Source: Adineta vaga | Lineage: Eukaryota > Animalia > Rotifera | DNA length: 64,000 bases | Direction: 5' to 3' | NCBI GenBank assembly: GCA_021613535.1 | Contig: CP075493.1 | Location: forward strand, 2,976,001-3,040,000 | Translations under genes and position numbers: made by a program | Shown: positions 51,158-64,000 of the stretch, piece by piece | Numbering within the stretch: the first letter of the stretch is position 1 | How the letters are laid out: each line of letters begins with the position of its first letter | Notes under the pieces: generated by a model | What the model saw: only the letters and a program-made list of their open reading frames with translations | What the model was told of the DNA's origin: nothing | Database searches by the model: none

Positions 51158-51526
51158 ATGGTATCACAAACATTAACAACCAAACAACTATTCGCATTAT
51201 TGGGAAAAACTCAAGCTGTATCCGAAACATCACCGGAGTACCCTTCATTACAAAAATCATCACCTCCACGTCATTTATGTACATCGACGACGACCTCAGC
51301 GCAACCAGTTCCAAATAATAAGAACAAACTATTAAATACAATAACAAGCGAACATTATACAATTGATTCGAATAAATATGCGAAAAATTCCAAAGAACAA
51401 ACCGAAATCATCGACTTATATTCGTCGAAACAGATTGATGATTTACAAAATAAATTATATAAAAAAACTCGATATCAATCAACGAAACAAAATGATTGTA
51501 AAGATTTTTATTTTTCAAAAAAATAA
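51158..51526 (+). CDS. Hypothetical 122-aa protein
   Basis: ATG-initiated single-exon ORF with protein-like composition; no recognised domain. Confidence 0.55.
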   Translation: MVSQTLTTKQLFALLGKTQAVSETSPEYPSLQKSSPPRHLCTSTTTSAQPVPNNKNKLLNTITSEHYTIDSNKYAKNSKEQTEIIDLYSSKQIDDLQNKLYKKTRYQSTKQNDCKDFYFSKK

Positions 51527-51530
51527 ATTG

Positions 51531-53790
51531 TTATTTTTTAACAAGATTTTGTTTGATTTCTCGAATACCTAATGCCGCATTTGGTACTAGACCACATTGT
51601 TCAAGAGTTTGATTTTCATTGGTAAAGAATAGTTTTGTACCCATAGCAAACAAATCAAAATCAAATGAAAGTTTTCTAAAAGATAAAAAAGTTAAGAAAA
51701 TATCGTCATACAATCAAATCAATCTCGTTACTTTTTCTTGGCGATTATTTGTTTAACATCTCGAATTGTACTTGTGATTTTCATTTTAATTACATAAGTT
51801 TGTTGACCATCATGAGATCGAATACGAAGAGTACTGATCGGAGTATTACTATCGTTATCATGTTTATATTCACTAATCGCACTTGAATGAAAAAAAACAA
51901 GTATGTGAAATTTTACAAGTCAAACAAGTTTATACCTTTCACATCGTATCGTTGATTCTTGTTTATCCTATGGAAAAGTAAAACATATTTTATTTCTTTA
52001 TCGATTTAAAAATCTTTTACTTACAGCTAATTGTTGTTCAATATCTTGACGAATATCGATTACTTGTCCGTTTTTAATCACTGTCTTTGGAAGACAATTT
52101 AAAAATTGATTAACAGGAACTTTTGGTCCTGAAAAATACGTTCGTAAATTTCAAAACTAAACAAAAATAATCGGTATTTACGCTGATCATTTGTTTCGAT
52201 TTTAACACCATGTGGTATAGGTGGTAAAGGACTCGTAGTTTGATTGCTAGGTATTATACGACTATCGTGAAGAACGTAACCTTCGCCATGAAATGCTTTT
52301 GATTTACGTTCATCCGTAAAATAAATATCACGTTTATCAGACACCTTGAAAATGAAAAATGGATACGATTTTTTCAAGAATTTATTTAATCTTACATGAA
52401 AAGGTATTCCATCTGGAAATCGTTTTTGCAATTCGGATGGAAAAAATCCATCGAGTATATCACGAACAAATTGTTGAGTTGAAGAATCTATACAAATGAA
52501 AATCAAACGATGCAATTATAATTGAAAAATTCTTACCTGAAAATGGCCGAAAAGGTCCATTGAATAGGAAAATACCATTGGCATAGAGTGTTAAATTAAT
52601 CGTTTCAGTACGTTTTAATGTAGAAATATGTCGTTCATGATTCGTATTATGTGTTTCGAAATGCATTTCATGTTCTCCTGCTAGAATATTCAATTCACGA
52701 ATATTTTCCAACAGAGAATTATAATCGATTGGCAAGATTGATGGTACTGATTCTTCTATAAAAACAAAAAAGAATGGTTTAACCAATCAATAAAATATAT
52801 CAATATTAACCTGGTCGCCAAGTAGATGCTGCAGATGAAGTAATTGGCTGTTGTTGTTGTTGTTTTTGTTCAATACGATCAATTTCGTCGAAAGTTAAAA
52901 TATTTACATTATCAGGTTCATTTAATTGACCAACAACTTCTAAACCACGTTCAATCAGTAAATCCTACTGAAATAAAATCAGTTATAATCCGTACAATGG
53001 ATTTATTCAGTTTTCTGACCTCCATACGATCGATAATGGATTGTAAACGTATACATTTCTTTTCGAGAATTTCAACTTTAAATGATTCATTCGATTGATT
53101 TTCTAAATGAAAGAAATTTTTAAGTTTAACTTCGAGAATTCCTTTCGATTTGTTATCTACTAAAATACATACGTAATGCTTTTTCGTAAAGTTGATTCTT
53201 TTCTTCCAATACAGCAACACGTTGTGTCTAAAATCATGGGATAGATAAAAAGAATCATCATAATGAAATGACTAATTGTTACTTTATCTTTCAATTCACT
53301 TGTCAAATAGCGAACATCTGACTCGGCTTTTTGCATTCGATTCATAGTTAATTGAAGAAGATCCAAATCAGTTGGAGCTAGAGTGAATTAAAAACTTGCA
53401 ATTGAAAAGAATTTTTTTAAAATTAATTAAACAAATTCACCTCGAATTCGTGAATCATTTGTTGATCGATAAGATTTCATGTTATCTAAAGCCATACGTG
53501 AAGTCACTTCATCGAGTAGTTGAGCATCTTCATCTAATTATTCAAAAGAAACAATCATTCATAATTCTCATTCGACAAAAATTTCATTTCATTTTACTAG
53601 AATATCGATAATTATTTGGTCTTGCTGTTTGAGCAGCTAATGAAGCACTAAAAAATATCATCAATGTTAAATTAAATCTCGAAAGATTCTCATACTTTTC
53701 ATCGAATGGAACATCATTCACTGAAATATTTGGAGCTTTTCCTACAGGTACTTTTCGATATCGATTTAAAGACGTATATGGTGTTGACAT
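51531..53790 (-). CDS. UBXN11: UBX domain protein 11 (coiled coil, SEP and UBX domains)
   Basis: MEDLLISDYGLKWLG-type segment; LTLYANGIFLFNGPFRPFS|DSSTQQFVRDILDGFFPSELQKRFPDGIPFHVSDKR; FLNCLPKTVIKNGQVIDIR; TLRIRS; QTLEQCGLVPNA. Confidence 0.88.
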
Positions 53791-54147
53791 AATTTTGGCA
53801 CTTGATAGCCTTTTGTCAAAAATACGATGAATGACATCGAACTTTCATTATCATGTTTTAAAAAAGAATCACTATGTGAAAACCTTGTTAAAAGAAATAT
53901 CGAAAGATGTCAGATATGTCCGATGAACAATAATCAATCATGGGACATTTTAATTTTCATGAGATTTATTTGATCAAAAATAGTCATATATCCATCCAAG
54001 TGTTCTTGTTGCATTATATATTTCTAATAATCATATTCGATTATAAATAACCGAGATAACACGCACACAAAAGATCGTCTAGCTGACATAGAAAAAGAAG
54101 GAGGAGAGAAAGAACAAATGTGTGTAGTGCTGCTTATGAATTGTCTA

Positions 54148-54833
54148 TTATTCTAAATCTGGTTCAGTCAAAATTGCACTACCACCGAGAGTTGAAGACG
54201 ATGTACCCATGACTGTCTACAAATACAAAAACAAATGAGAAATTAATAATTAGATATAAGTGATTGATTTACTTGAGCCACTCGTGGTAAACGCATAATA
54301 ATTTCTTGAAATAATTCAGGTGGTAATGTTTGTTGAAATAATGAGAGAAGACTTTGAGGTTGACTACAAACGGCAACAGCTTTTGCAAGATGATCAACAC
54401 CATTGTCAAGATCACCTATACATATTTTATTCCGAATAAAACTGTATCATTGATGAGAATATACTTACCACGAGACAAACAATCTTCGCCTTGTTGAATT
54501 TGTTCAAGAAAATAACGACGCATTTCTTCCGGATTACTCGAATCAACCTTAGAAATATAGACATATAATCTTTATACTATAAATGAACTACAAAACTTAC
54601 TGTCATGCTTTCATTGGAATGAGGAGCACGTTGCTTCTGTTTTTTTCGTTCTACATCAATAAAAACAATCATTATTATTTACCAAAAACATCATACTAAC
54701 TAGCTTTTAATTTTTCACGAAATTCCGGTGCACTTCTTCGTTTTTGATCAAAATAAAAACAGTAACCAACAAAACCTACACCGAGACTAACTGCAGCCAC
54801 CATTGGCCAAAAAGCTTTACTACTCGTATTCAT
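54148..54833 (-). CDS. TOMM20: Mitochondrial import receptor TOM20
   Basis: GVGFVGYCFYFDQKRRSAPEFREKL; YFLEQIQQGEDCL; GVDHLAKAVAVCSQPQSLLSLFQQTLPP; ends EPDLE*. Confidence 0.93.
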
Positions 54834-55203
54834 CTAAAATCAGAACATATGTAAATGTATGAATATGTCATTTATTAACTATATTGATACACAATCGAAA
54901 TTGATGAATAGATAAATCAGCGAAAATCAATATCTATGTTCATCTACTTTTATTTTAATAAAGTAAAACTTTATGATATCGTATCAAAGGAAATAGTTCA
55001 GCTAATAAAAGGTAATTGAATGCAACTTAGATTTTCTTGATAGTTGCTGCATAAAGACGTCGATGATTCATACTGATATGATGCGTCACCTAAGTAATCA
55101 TGACATGCATCTTTATCTTTATTTTACGATTATATCAATGTACAATATGTTTTTTTTCCTTTATACACAATAAAAATACGTCAATAGAAACTTTTGAATA
55201 ATA

Positions 55204-55885
55204 ATGGATCATATTCTCAGTCGGATGTATGACGGCATTTCTTTCGTTTAAAAAAAAAGATCATGCACGACATTTAATGTTTGATCTCGATGCAGTAGGT
55301 AAAACAACAGCTCTCTATCAAATAGAACTCACTGAAATGATGATTACTAATTCTAAAGATGGTATGATTTTATCGACTATATCGCATTTCAAGCAACTTT
55401 CATTGTAGGTTTTAATATCGAGAGTGTGAATTTATACCCTGGCATGGACTTTACCATATGGGATTTATGTCGATGATAATTCATTCTAAAAACGAAGCCT
55501 TTTCTTTTACACTAGATCGGTGGCAAGAAGAAAGATCGTTATTTTTGGAATTATTATCATCCGGGAATGGAAGGTCTGATATTTGTTGTTGATAGTAATG
55601 TTTGAGAACGAATAGACGAAGTTCGTAGACAATTTCAAAAATATTCTCACATTTCCTTACATATCCAAGTCTCATAATTATTTGCTATGAAGAAAACGGA
55701 AAGGATTCTCTCAAATAGATGCAATGAAACCTTCGGAAATGATCGATAAATTAAGCATGAATGACATTCTTATCCAACATAGATGGTATCTTCAACCAAT
55801 CTGTGCAATGATGGGTGAGGGGTTAGACGATGGAATGCTAGAAATGGTTAACTTAATTAAACAATATCGTAAAGAAAACAGATGA
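55204..55885 (+). pseudogene. ARF/ARL small GTPase pseudogene
   Basis: LMFDLDAVGKTT (P-loop G>D), GFNIESV, FTIWD, IGG..FWNYY..GLIFVVDSNV* (stop 55603-55605), RWYLQPICAMMGEGL. Early frameshift, donor gt>tt at 55465, NKxD motif lost. Confidence 0.85.
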
Positions 55886-56056
55886 AAATATTCTTTTAAT
55901 ATATATTTAAATATAGAATGAGAATGAAATTATTGTAGAAAAACAAACAATATCACATAAAATATGTATTTTCTCTTCAATAGTTGCACATAAAAAGTAG
56001 ATGAGAGATAAGGAAAAAAAAGTCTTATTTGACAAAATCACAGAAAAATAATTAAA

Positions 56057-57678
56057 TCAATATGAAGTATTTGATTCTGTATTGATTTGTGTCGAAAATA
56101 GTAAGGCTTTTGGACTCATAAAAGTAAAATTTGGAACGGTTTCAGGCACAGATTTTGTATCATCTGTAGACATTGTTGTCGAGCCAGGAAAAAGATCTAA
56201 AGTTTTAATAGTTATTGATTGTTGAGAAAGATTTGGATTAGAATTTCGATGAACAATCGTTGATAAATTCGATTGTTGTTCTCGATTGATGGAAATTGAT
56301 AGTGGTGGAATAGAATAATCAAGATCAAGTGTTTTATTCACATCAATAACTGAGGAAAAAAAGAACATATTCAATTAGTCAAACAAATTAATAACAATGA
56401 ATAAGAAAAAAGTGTGAGTAATGACATACACCAAACTTACCATGATTCTCACTCTTATTCAGATCTGTTGGAAGGAAGGAATTATGATTGTCTATAGATA
56501 ATATATGGATAGAAGATAATCTATGATCTTTTATTTTCTCTGTTCGACAGAAGAAAAAAAAGAAATTCAGTAGTTAATTTTCTTACCAGTCAGTGGATTT
56601 TCAAGACCACTTGATTTCCAATCAAAAGATGGATTAATTGTTTGAGATGAAAGCTAATCGAAATAAGAAAAAGCAAAGAAAAGATATGATTTGCATCAAC
56701 GAATTTATTTCATATAAAATTACTTGATTTTCATTATTATCATTAGAAATCGTTTTTTCAATATCAGATACGGAATTCACCGGGTTAATTTTAGTCTAAA
56801 CATTATTTATAAGCTTTATTTTTTCAAGTTGATCTATAATACATACACGAAATCGTTCTTGTACACCTAATGCTTGATGAAATAAACGTTCAACATTTGA
56901 TTTACGCCATTGATGTTGAATTCCTAATGGATCATTTGATACATTAACTAAGACATTCCATAAACTGAAAAATATGTATTGAAATATATAGTTTCGAACA
57001 AAATATTCGACAAAAGTAGATTATTTACGAAAGACTATGATGAAAAGATGGTGCAGTTTGATGGATTTGTTTTTTACATGTTGTAAAAGTTGGCAATGGA
57101 GTAGAAATGAGATTATCATTTTCTGTACAAGATGTCGAATATTCTAATGGAAAACAAGTTGCGATCACAGACTGAATTTGTTCATTACTTAACAAATTCT
57201 TCAAATAAGAGAGCATTGTTATACATCAAAACTTGAATAATGTGATACCTACCATTGATACAGTTGGAATATGAGATTCGAAAGAATCTTGTACTTCACC
57301 ATAATCACCAAAGGCATCATCTTCATGATTTATTTGATCATTTGATATTCCAGTTGATGAATTTGTAGTTGTTTGAAAATCTGCCCAATCGTTATTGGAT
57401 GTTGTTTCATTATTATTCTAAAAACAATCAATTCATGGATTCATAGAGATAATAATTCGAAAGTTTTTTGTCTATTTGAATACCTCGGAATTTTGTTTTT
57501 CCAATGCATTGAAATTTGCCCAACCATGCTCATTCGCAGATTGATTAATAGTAGAATTATCATTACTATTATTAATAAATGCATTTGATAACGTCGATAA
57601 TATCACATGTTTTTCACAAACATCATCGTTCAATGATGAATTTTTGTCGGTCAATGAAGAATCACTTTTCTGGCTCAT
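56057..57678 (-). CDS. AFTPH: Aftiphilin-like clathrin/AP-1 accessory protein
   Basis: WANF, WADF and DAFGDY motifs; LWNVL..LGIQHQWRKSNVERLFHQALGV; PSFDWKSSGLENPL; VPNFTFMSPKALLF. Start codon uncertain. Confidence 0.8.
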
Positions 57679-59833
57679 AACATCTAAAGATAAATATATT
57701 CACTTTTTTTAACTGCTTCTTAATCGTCATATTAGAATCGGATTTCCTGATTAATTCGTATTTTTCAATGGCATCATGACTTTGTTTGATATACTATTCA
57801 ATCAATAGTAAACTCATGAGATTATTGATTTGATAATTATTTTATTTTATTTCTATTCATATTCTGACAATAATATCTTAATGATTAAAAGAAACGATTC
57901 TCAAAGGAATCGAAAGAATCCAATTAGAAAAACATCTACATAAAAATTCATTCGAAGTCTTCGAGAATATTCAAATGAAGATCTTATTTTCCTCTCGAAA
58001 TCGAAATATATGTCCGATCCGATACGAATAGTACATCAACCATAATAACATTTATCCAAAACCAATATGCCTCGACAAGAATGGCGCTGATAGTTAATTA
58101 CACATTTATGTTTTCTACTGACATCTTAAGGAACATAAAACCTCAAAATGCTTCAATTTTCATATGCATTTATTTCTGTTGAAGTTCTTCGAATCCATAT
58201 CATGTTATAATGACATGAATGTCCTACATGCTTATATGTCTTTATGATTAAATTTTCTGGATGTTCAGTAGGCGTTGTCAATTGACTACTAGAATTCACA
58301 ATTTAAACATGTAATTTTCCCATTCTCTAGAGAGCAATTTAAAAGGAAGTGATGCATACATTTTAGTAAAATAAAACAATTTCCGTTAAATTTATATTTC
58401 ATTGATTTCTTATTAAAAAGTCTACAGAAGAATAAATCTTTATATTAATTTTGTTCTATTTTTTCTCTCTCTAACATATACGCATCGCATTAGTTCAACA
58501 ATCGTTATGTTGTATATCTTTGAAATAAATTTGAAAGTAAACAAATTGAAATGAGCTTGGTATTAGTTTTTATGTCATTTATTTTAAGAAAATATTTTTC
58601 CAATGAATAGATTAATAATGAACGCATCAATTTTCATTAACTTTTCGACTTATGTCATGATTAAGAATAAATAATAAAACTGATTAATCATCTTTATTAA
58701 AATCGACATAAAGTTTCTTATGAACTGGGATATTTCTATGAAAAGTCTGACGTCCTTTTTTTTTCTCTCTCAATATGATCATCTGAGAAAATCACACGTT
58801 GCTAATGGATGTCATGACTTTGAAACTTTTCGTATGATTATTTATTGATGCATTAAGCCTCAAAACATTATTCCATTGAGTATCCGATGTTGTTCTATTC
58901 TTTATGAGTATTTTTCTAGTTTTATAGAGATAAGAATATAACTCGATATCAATCGTTAGTTCGTAGAAACATGCGATGGCACAACGTTCGAATGAGGAAT
59001 CTACCAATAGGCAAATGCATGATTTTATGGAAAATATGTTTAACAACATAGACCTGACTTTTACGCCAAACAGACTAGTAAGGCTTTTAAAACATTATAC
59101 CTTAGACACTTGAGCAAGGATTAATTTCCTCAACGCTTTTGTTTAACATTTATAATGATCTGAACACTGATATTAGTTTTATTTATCATGCATCTGTATA
59201 CATAAGGCTACTTAGGATGATTACAAATTTTCTTTATGTCATCAACAAAAACGATGATCTTTTCCAAAAGAAAGAAGAAAATTAGAGAAAAACGATAGAG
59301 AAAGAGAGAAAACAATTAAAGTAGGTGTTTTTCTAGTTATCCTCGATGACGTCTAAAGAGACTACAAAAAAAACTCAAGACATATGTAAGTATTTTTTTC
59401 TATTAAACTAACACTATATAAAAGTGCATTTTTAATCTACGTAAAGACCATTTTCTTTCCAAGTAAGTCCTAGTAAGTACGTATATTTTCTATCAAAGCA
59501 GAATAGAATAACCTTATTTGATATATATATTTTCAATAGGAAAGATTTGACAGTTTTTAATTAAAAGAATTATTCAAATAAGGCAGTGAAAATGTGTCAA
59601 TAACACTTTGATCGAATATCATTCTGACAAATTGCAGCACTTAACTGTATTACACAACTCCCAAATATATATATATATATATTTGATGATGAATACATTC
59701 ATTTTCTTAATATGATATTTTTGCTAAATGTTTTAGTAAATGAAGACATGTTTTTCAAAACTAGAACGTAATAATTCTTTTATTTAGCTTTTAGATCTCT
59801 AGCTAACACTTTATCATTCTAAATCGAATCGAA

Positions 59834-60479
59834 ATGTTATTCACAATGAACTCTCTCATCATTTCAGCTGTTACATTGAGTAAGATTTGTCTCTTAATGT
59901 TTTCAATAAGTTTCTTTTTTCCTAAATGAATTTATTTTAGCTATTCTTGCGATCAATTTCATCGATTGTGTTCCAGTGAAACCAGATCTATCCAATGCAA
60001 TTGAATTCAAGATGAATGCAGATCACTTTCATGACGATCAAATTGATTTATTCAATTCGAATTTACCTGTTGAAAAAGCTCCTTTGACCAAACGTGATTA
60101 CCCAACAGAAGGTATTCTCCTCGGTAAACGTGAATATCCAACTGAAGGTATCTTACTCGGTAAACGTGAATACCCAACTGAAGGTATCTTACTCGGTAAA
60201 CGTGAATACCCAACTGAAGGTATCTTACTCGGTAAACGTGAATATCCGACAGAAGGCATTCTTCTCGGTAAACGTGAATATCCGACAGAAGGTATTCTTC
60301 TTGGCAAACGAGAATATCCAACTGAAGGTATCTTGTTAGGTAAACGTGAATATCCAACTGAAGGCATTTTACTTGGAAAACGAGAATATCCCACCGAAGG
60401 AATTCTTCTAGGTAAACGACATATGCGATTTTTTGCACCTAAGTCATCTGGCATGGCTCATCATGGATTCAATAATTAA
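59834..60479 (+). CDS. Neuropeptide precursor: signal peptide plus 9 copies of (E/D)YPTEGILL-GKR
   Basis: Exon 1 59834-59879, intron 59880-59940, exon 2. Signal MLFTMNSLIISAVTLTILAINFIDC, acidic spacer, then KR-flanked repeats each ending in an amide-donor Gly. Confidence 0.93.
60096..60419 (+). repeat. Coding tandem repeat, 9 x 36 bp
   Basis: Unit ga(a/t)ta(t/c)ccnacngaaggnat(t/c)..ggnaaacgn. Variation is almost all synonymous. Confidence 0.95.
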
Positions 60480-60985
60480 TATCCAATTTTTGATATCATA
60501 GACTTTTATTATCAAAACTATTCGTCTATCATCTTACATATTTGTATATCAGCAAATCTTTCAATAAAAATTTGATCGTCATCAAAGAAAAGAAAAGAAA
60601 ATCAAGTTGAAGAATTTCATCATTGTCTCGTTTTTCTTTTTTGCTAATTCAATAAATAATAAAGAATTACAGAACGCATTCACATGGCAGTAAACATTTG
60701 TAAAGTTATTTAGAATATAGAACAACAGTAAATAGATTGAATAATTGTTTAAAGAACAAACGTTAAAAAAACATTTCAATTCGTTATTAGTTTGTTTCTT
60801 TTATTGATTTTTGAATAAAATGATAACATGGTAAAGAAGAGAGACAAGACAACTATTGTTTTTACAATAGAAGAATGAACAATAAGACAATGACATACAA
60901 ATAGAAACTGAAAATATGAATTTATACGCGCAAAGAAAGTAATCGTTGAATGAAGGTCTTTATTTAATATACTATAAAATCATTT

Positions 60986-62893
<1,908 letters not shown>

Positions 62894-63450
62894 TCTGATA
62901 ATATTAATAAATAAATAACTAAAAGAAAATTTCAAGAGATAAAATCATATATTTGAACATGACGAAGAAAAACTTGAATTTTTATCTGTCGTTAGATGAC
63001 GATATAATATTAAAAAAAAGAAACGAGATGTTTTTTGTTTGTTAACGTGCGTCAATCAAGTCAAAACAGAAGAAATATGGCACAGGATGATTCATATCAG
63101 CAACATCCGTCTCGTCGACTATCTGCAGTTCTTGAATAGACGAATAAAAAATCAAATTAGAAAAGACCAATTAGAAATAGTAGTTTCCATAGTATAAGTG
63201 TAGTAATAACAATAAAATATTTCATATCATCACAAATGATTTAATCTAATATCGGTCACTAGATGGCAGCACTAGTCATCTCTCACAATCATGACAGCTG
63301 ATGTTCTGTTTAATTTATCCTTTTTATTGACATAAATCTACAAGATGAATCTCATTAGAGTGATTAATTAATAAATAGACAATAAGAAAATTTATTTTCA
63401 AACTCATAGAAAAAGAAATACACATCGTTTTCATTGTATCGCACTTATTT

Positions 63451-64000
63451 TCATGAACCATCTTGACCATATTCATGTGTGAATTGTTTATATTTGAGTA
63501 GATCCGCTTCTCGAACAGTCGGTTTTTGTGTTGAAAGAGCAGCTAACATATCAGACTAGATATAGAATATATTTGTATTTCTTTTCTATGAAAATCGTCC
63601 ATTCTACTCACCATAACTACTGGTGGATCACATAATTCTTCAGATTTGATTTCTTCTAATGCCATCTCTTTTGCACCAAAGTCACCAGGTGAACATGAAA
63701 CCCAAAGTTGACGGGGACCATTTGGATTGGGATTTTTTACCTAAAAAGATATTGTAAAAACAATTGATGAAAAAACGATAAATAGTTTCCAGATACTGGT
63801 TTGAAATGTGTTGCTGAACTAAGTCGACGAATAGGTCTCAATAAAGCTTCCCGACAAACAACAGCAATATCAGCACCAGAATAACTATAATAAAATAGGA
63901 CAATCGTAACAGTAGGATAAATTGTATCTACTTACTGATCAGCTCTCTTTGCAAGTTGCATCCATTCGTCATCTCTAATCATATGATTTGATCCTGCACC
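63451..64000 (-). CDS. VPS4: VPS4 tandem paralog (copy 2), 3' part; continues beyond the window
   Basis: [10 protein letters not shown]|[29 protein letters not shown]|..[17 protein letters not shown]|[24 protein letters not shown]. Same intron positions as copy 1. Confidence 0.92.

Noticed and set aside
54834-54895. Trans-splice site directly before the TOMM20 ATG
   Set aside because: A plausible cis donor (gtatc) lies about 57 nt upstream, giving a normal-sized 5'UTR intron.
58000-59200. Short protein-like fragments (IKTYKHVGHSC on -, MAQRSNEESTNRQ on +)
   Set aside because: Too short and interrupted to assign; may be debris or chance.
60096-60419. 36-bp repeat array as a CRISPR array or non-coding satellite
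   Set aside because: No spacers; it is an in-frame coding repeat with synonymous variation. The overlapping ORFs in other frames (60052, 60094, 60098) are by-products.

Overview
AT-rich, gene-dense eukaryotic DNA with very short (mostly 50-60 nt) GT-AG introns. It is almost certainly a bdelloid rotifer, inferred from intron size, the B-box/coiled-coil genes and a decayed ADP-ribosyltransferase-TPR gene typical of bdelloids. The six-frame ORFs are mostly exon fragments, so I rebuilt the spliced genes by hand; exon boundaries are approximate where stated. In order: a 1046-aa single-exon ORF just upstream of the 3' end of a triple-SH3 SORBS/CAP gene, an orphan, a claudin-like gene, TBX1/org-1, LRRC14/PRAME-like, ZDHHC6, RBM4/lark-like, NUDT17, PTRH2, KCTD10, a PAN/Apple membrane protein, an ART-TPR pseudogene, SPCS1, NEK1-like kinase, GPLD1, an orphan membrane protein, two B-box genes, an A20/OTUD7-like deubiquitinase, an orphan, UBXN11, TOMM20, an ARF pseudogene, aftiphilin, a 9-copy neuropeptide precursor and two tandem VPS4 genes. 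The most interesting items are: (1) a neuropeptide precursor for (E/D)YPTEGILL-amide that I cannot assign to a known family; (2) a candidate 7SK-like structured RNA at 25.4-25.7 kb; (3) a candidate telomerase-RNA template CACACCCACAC with downstream structure at 29.0-29.2 kb; (4) the PTRH2-KCTD10 junction of only 80 nt, suggesting dicistronic or trans-spliced expression; (5) a tight B-box/B-box/OTU cluster sharing a C-terminal zinc ribbon; (6) a possible gene-conversion patch between the VPS4 paralogs. The ncRNA calls are by-eye hypotheses, not verified.
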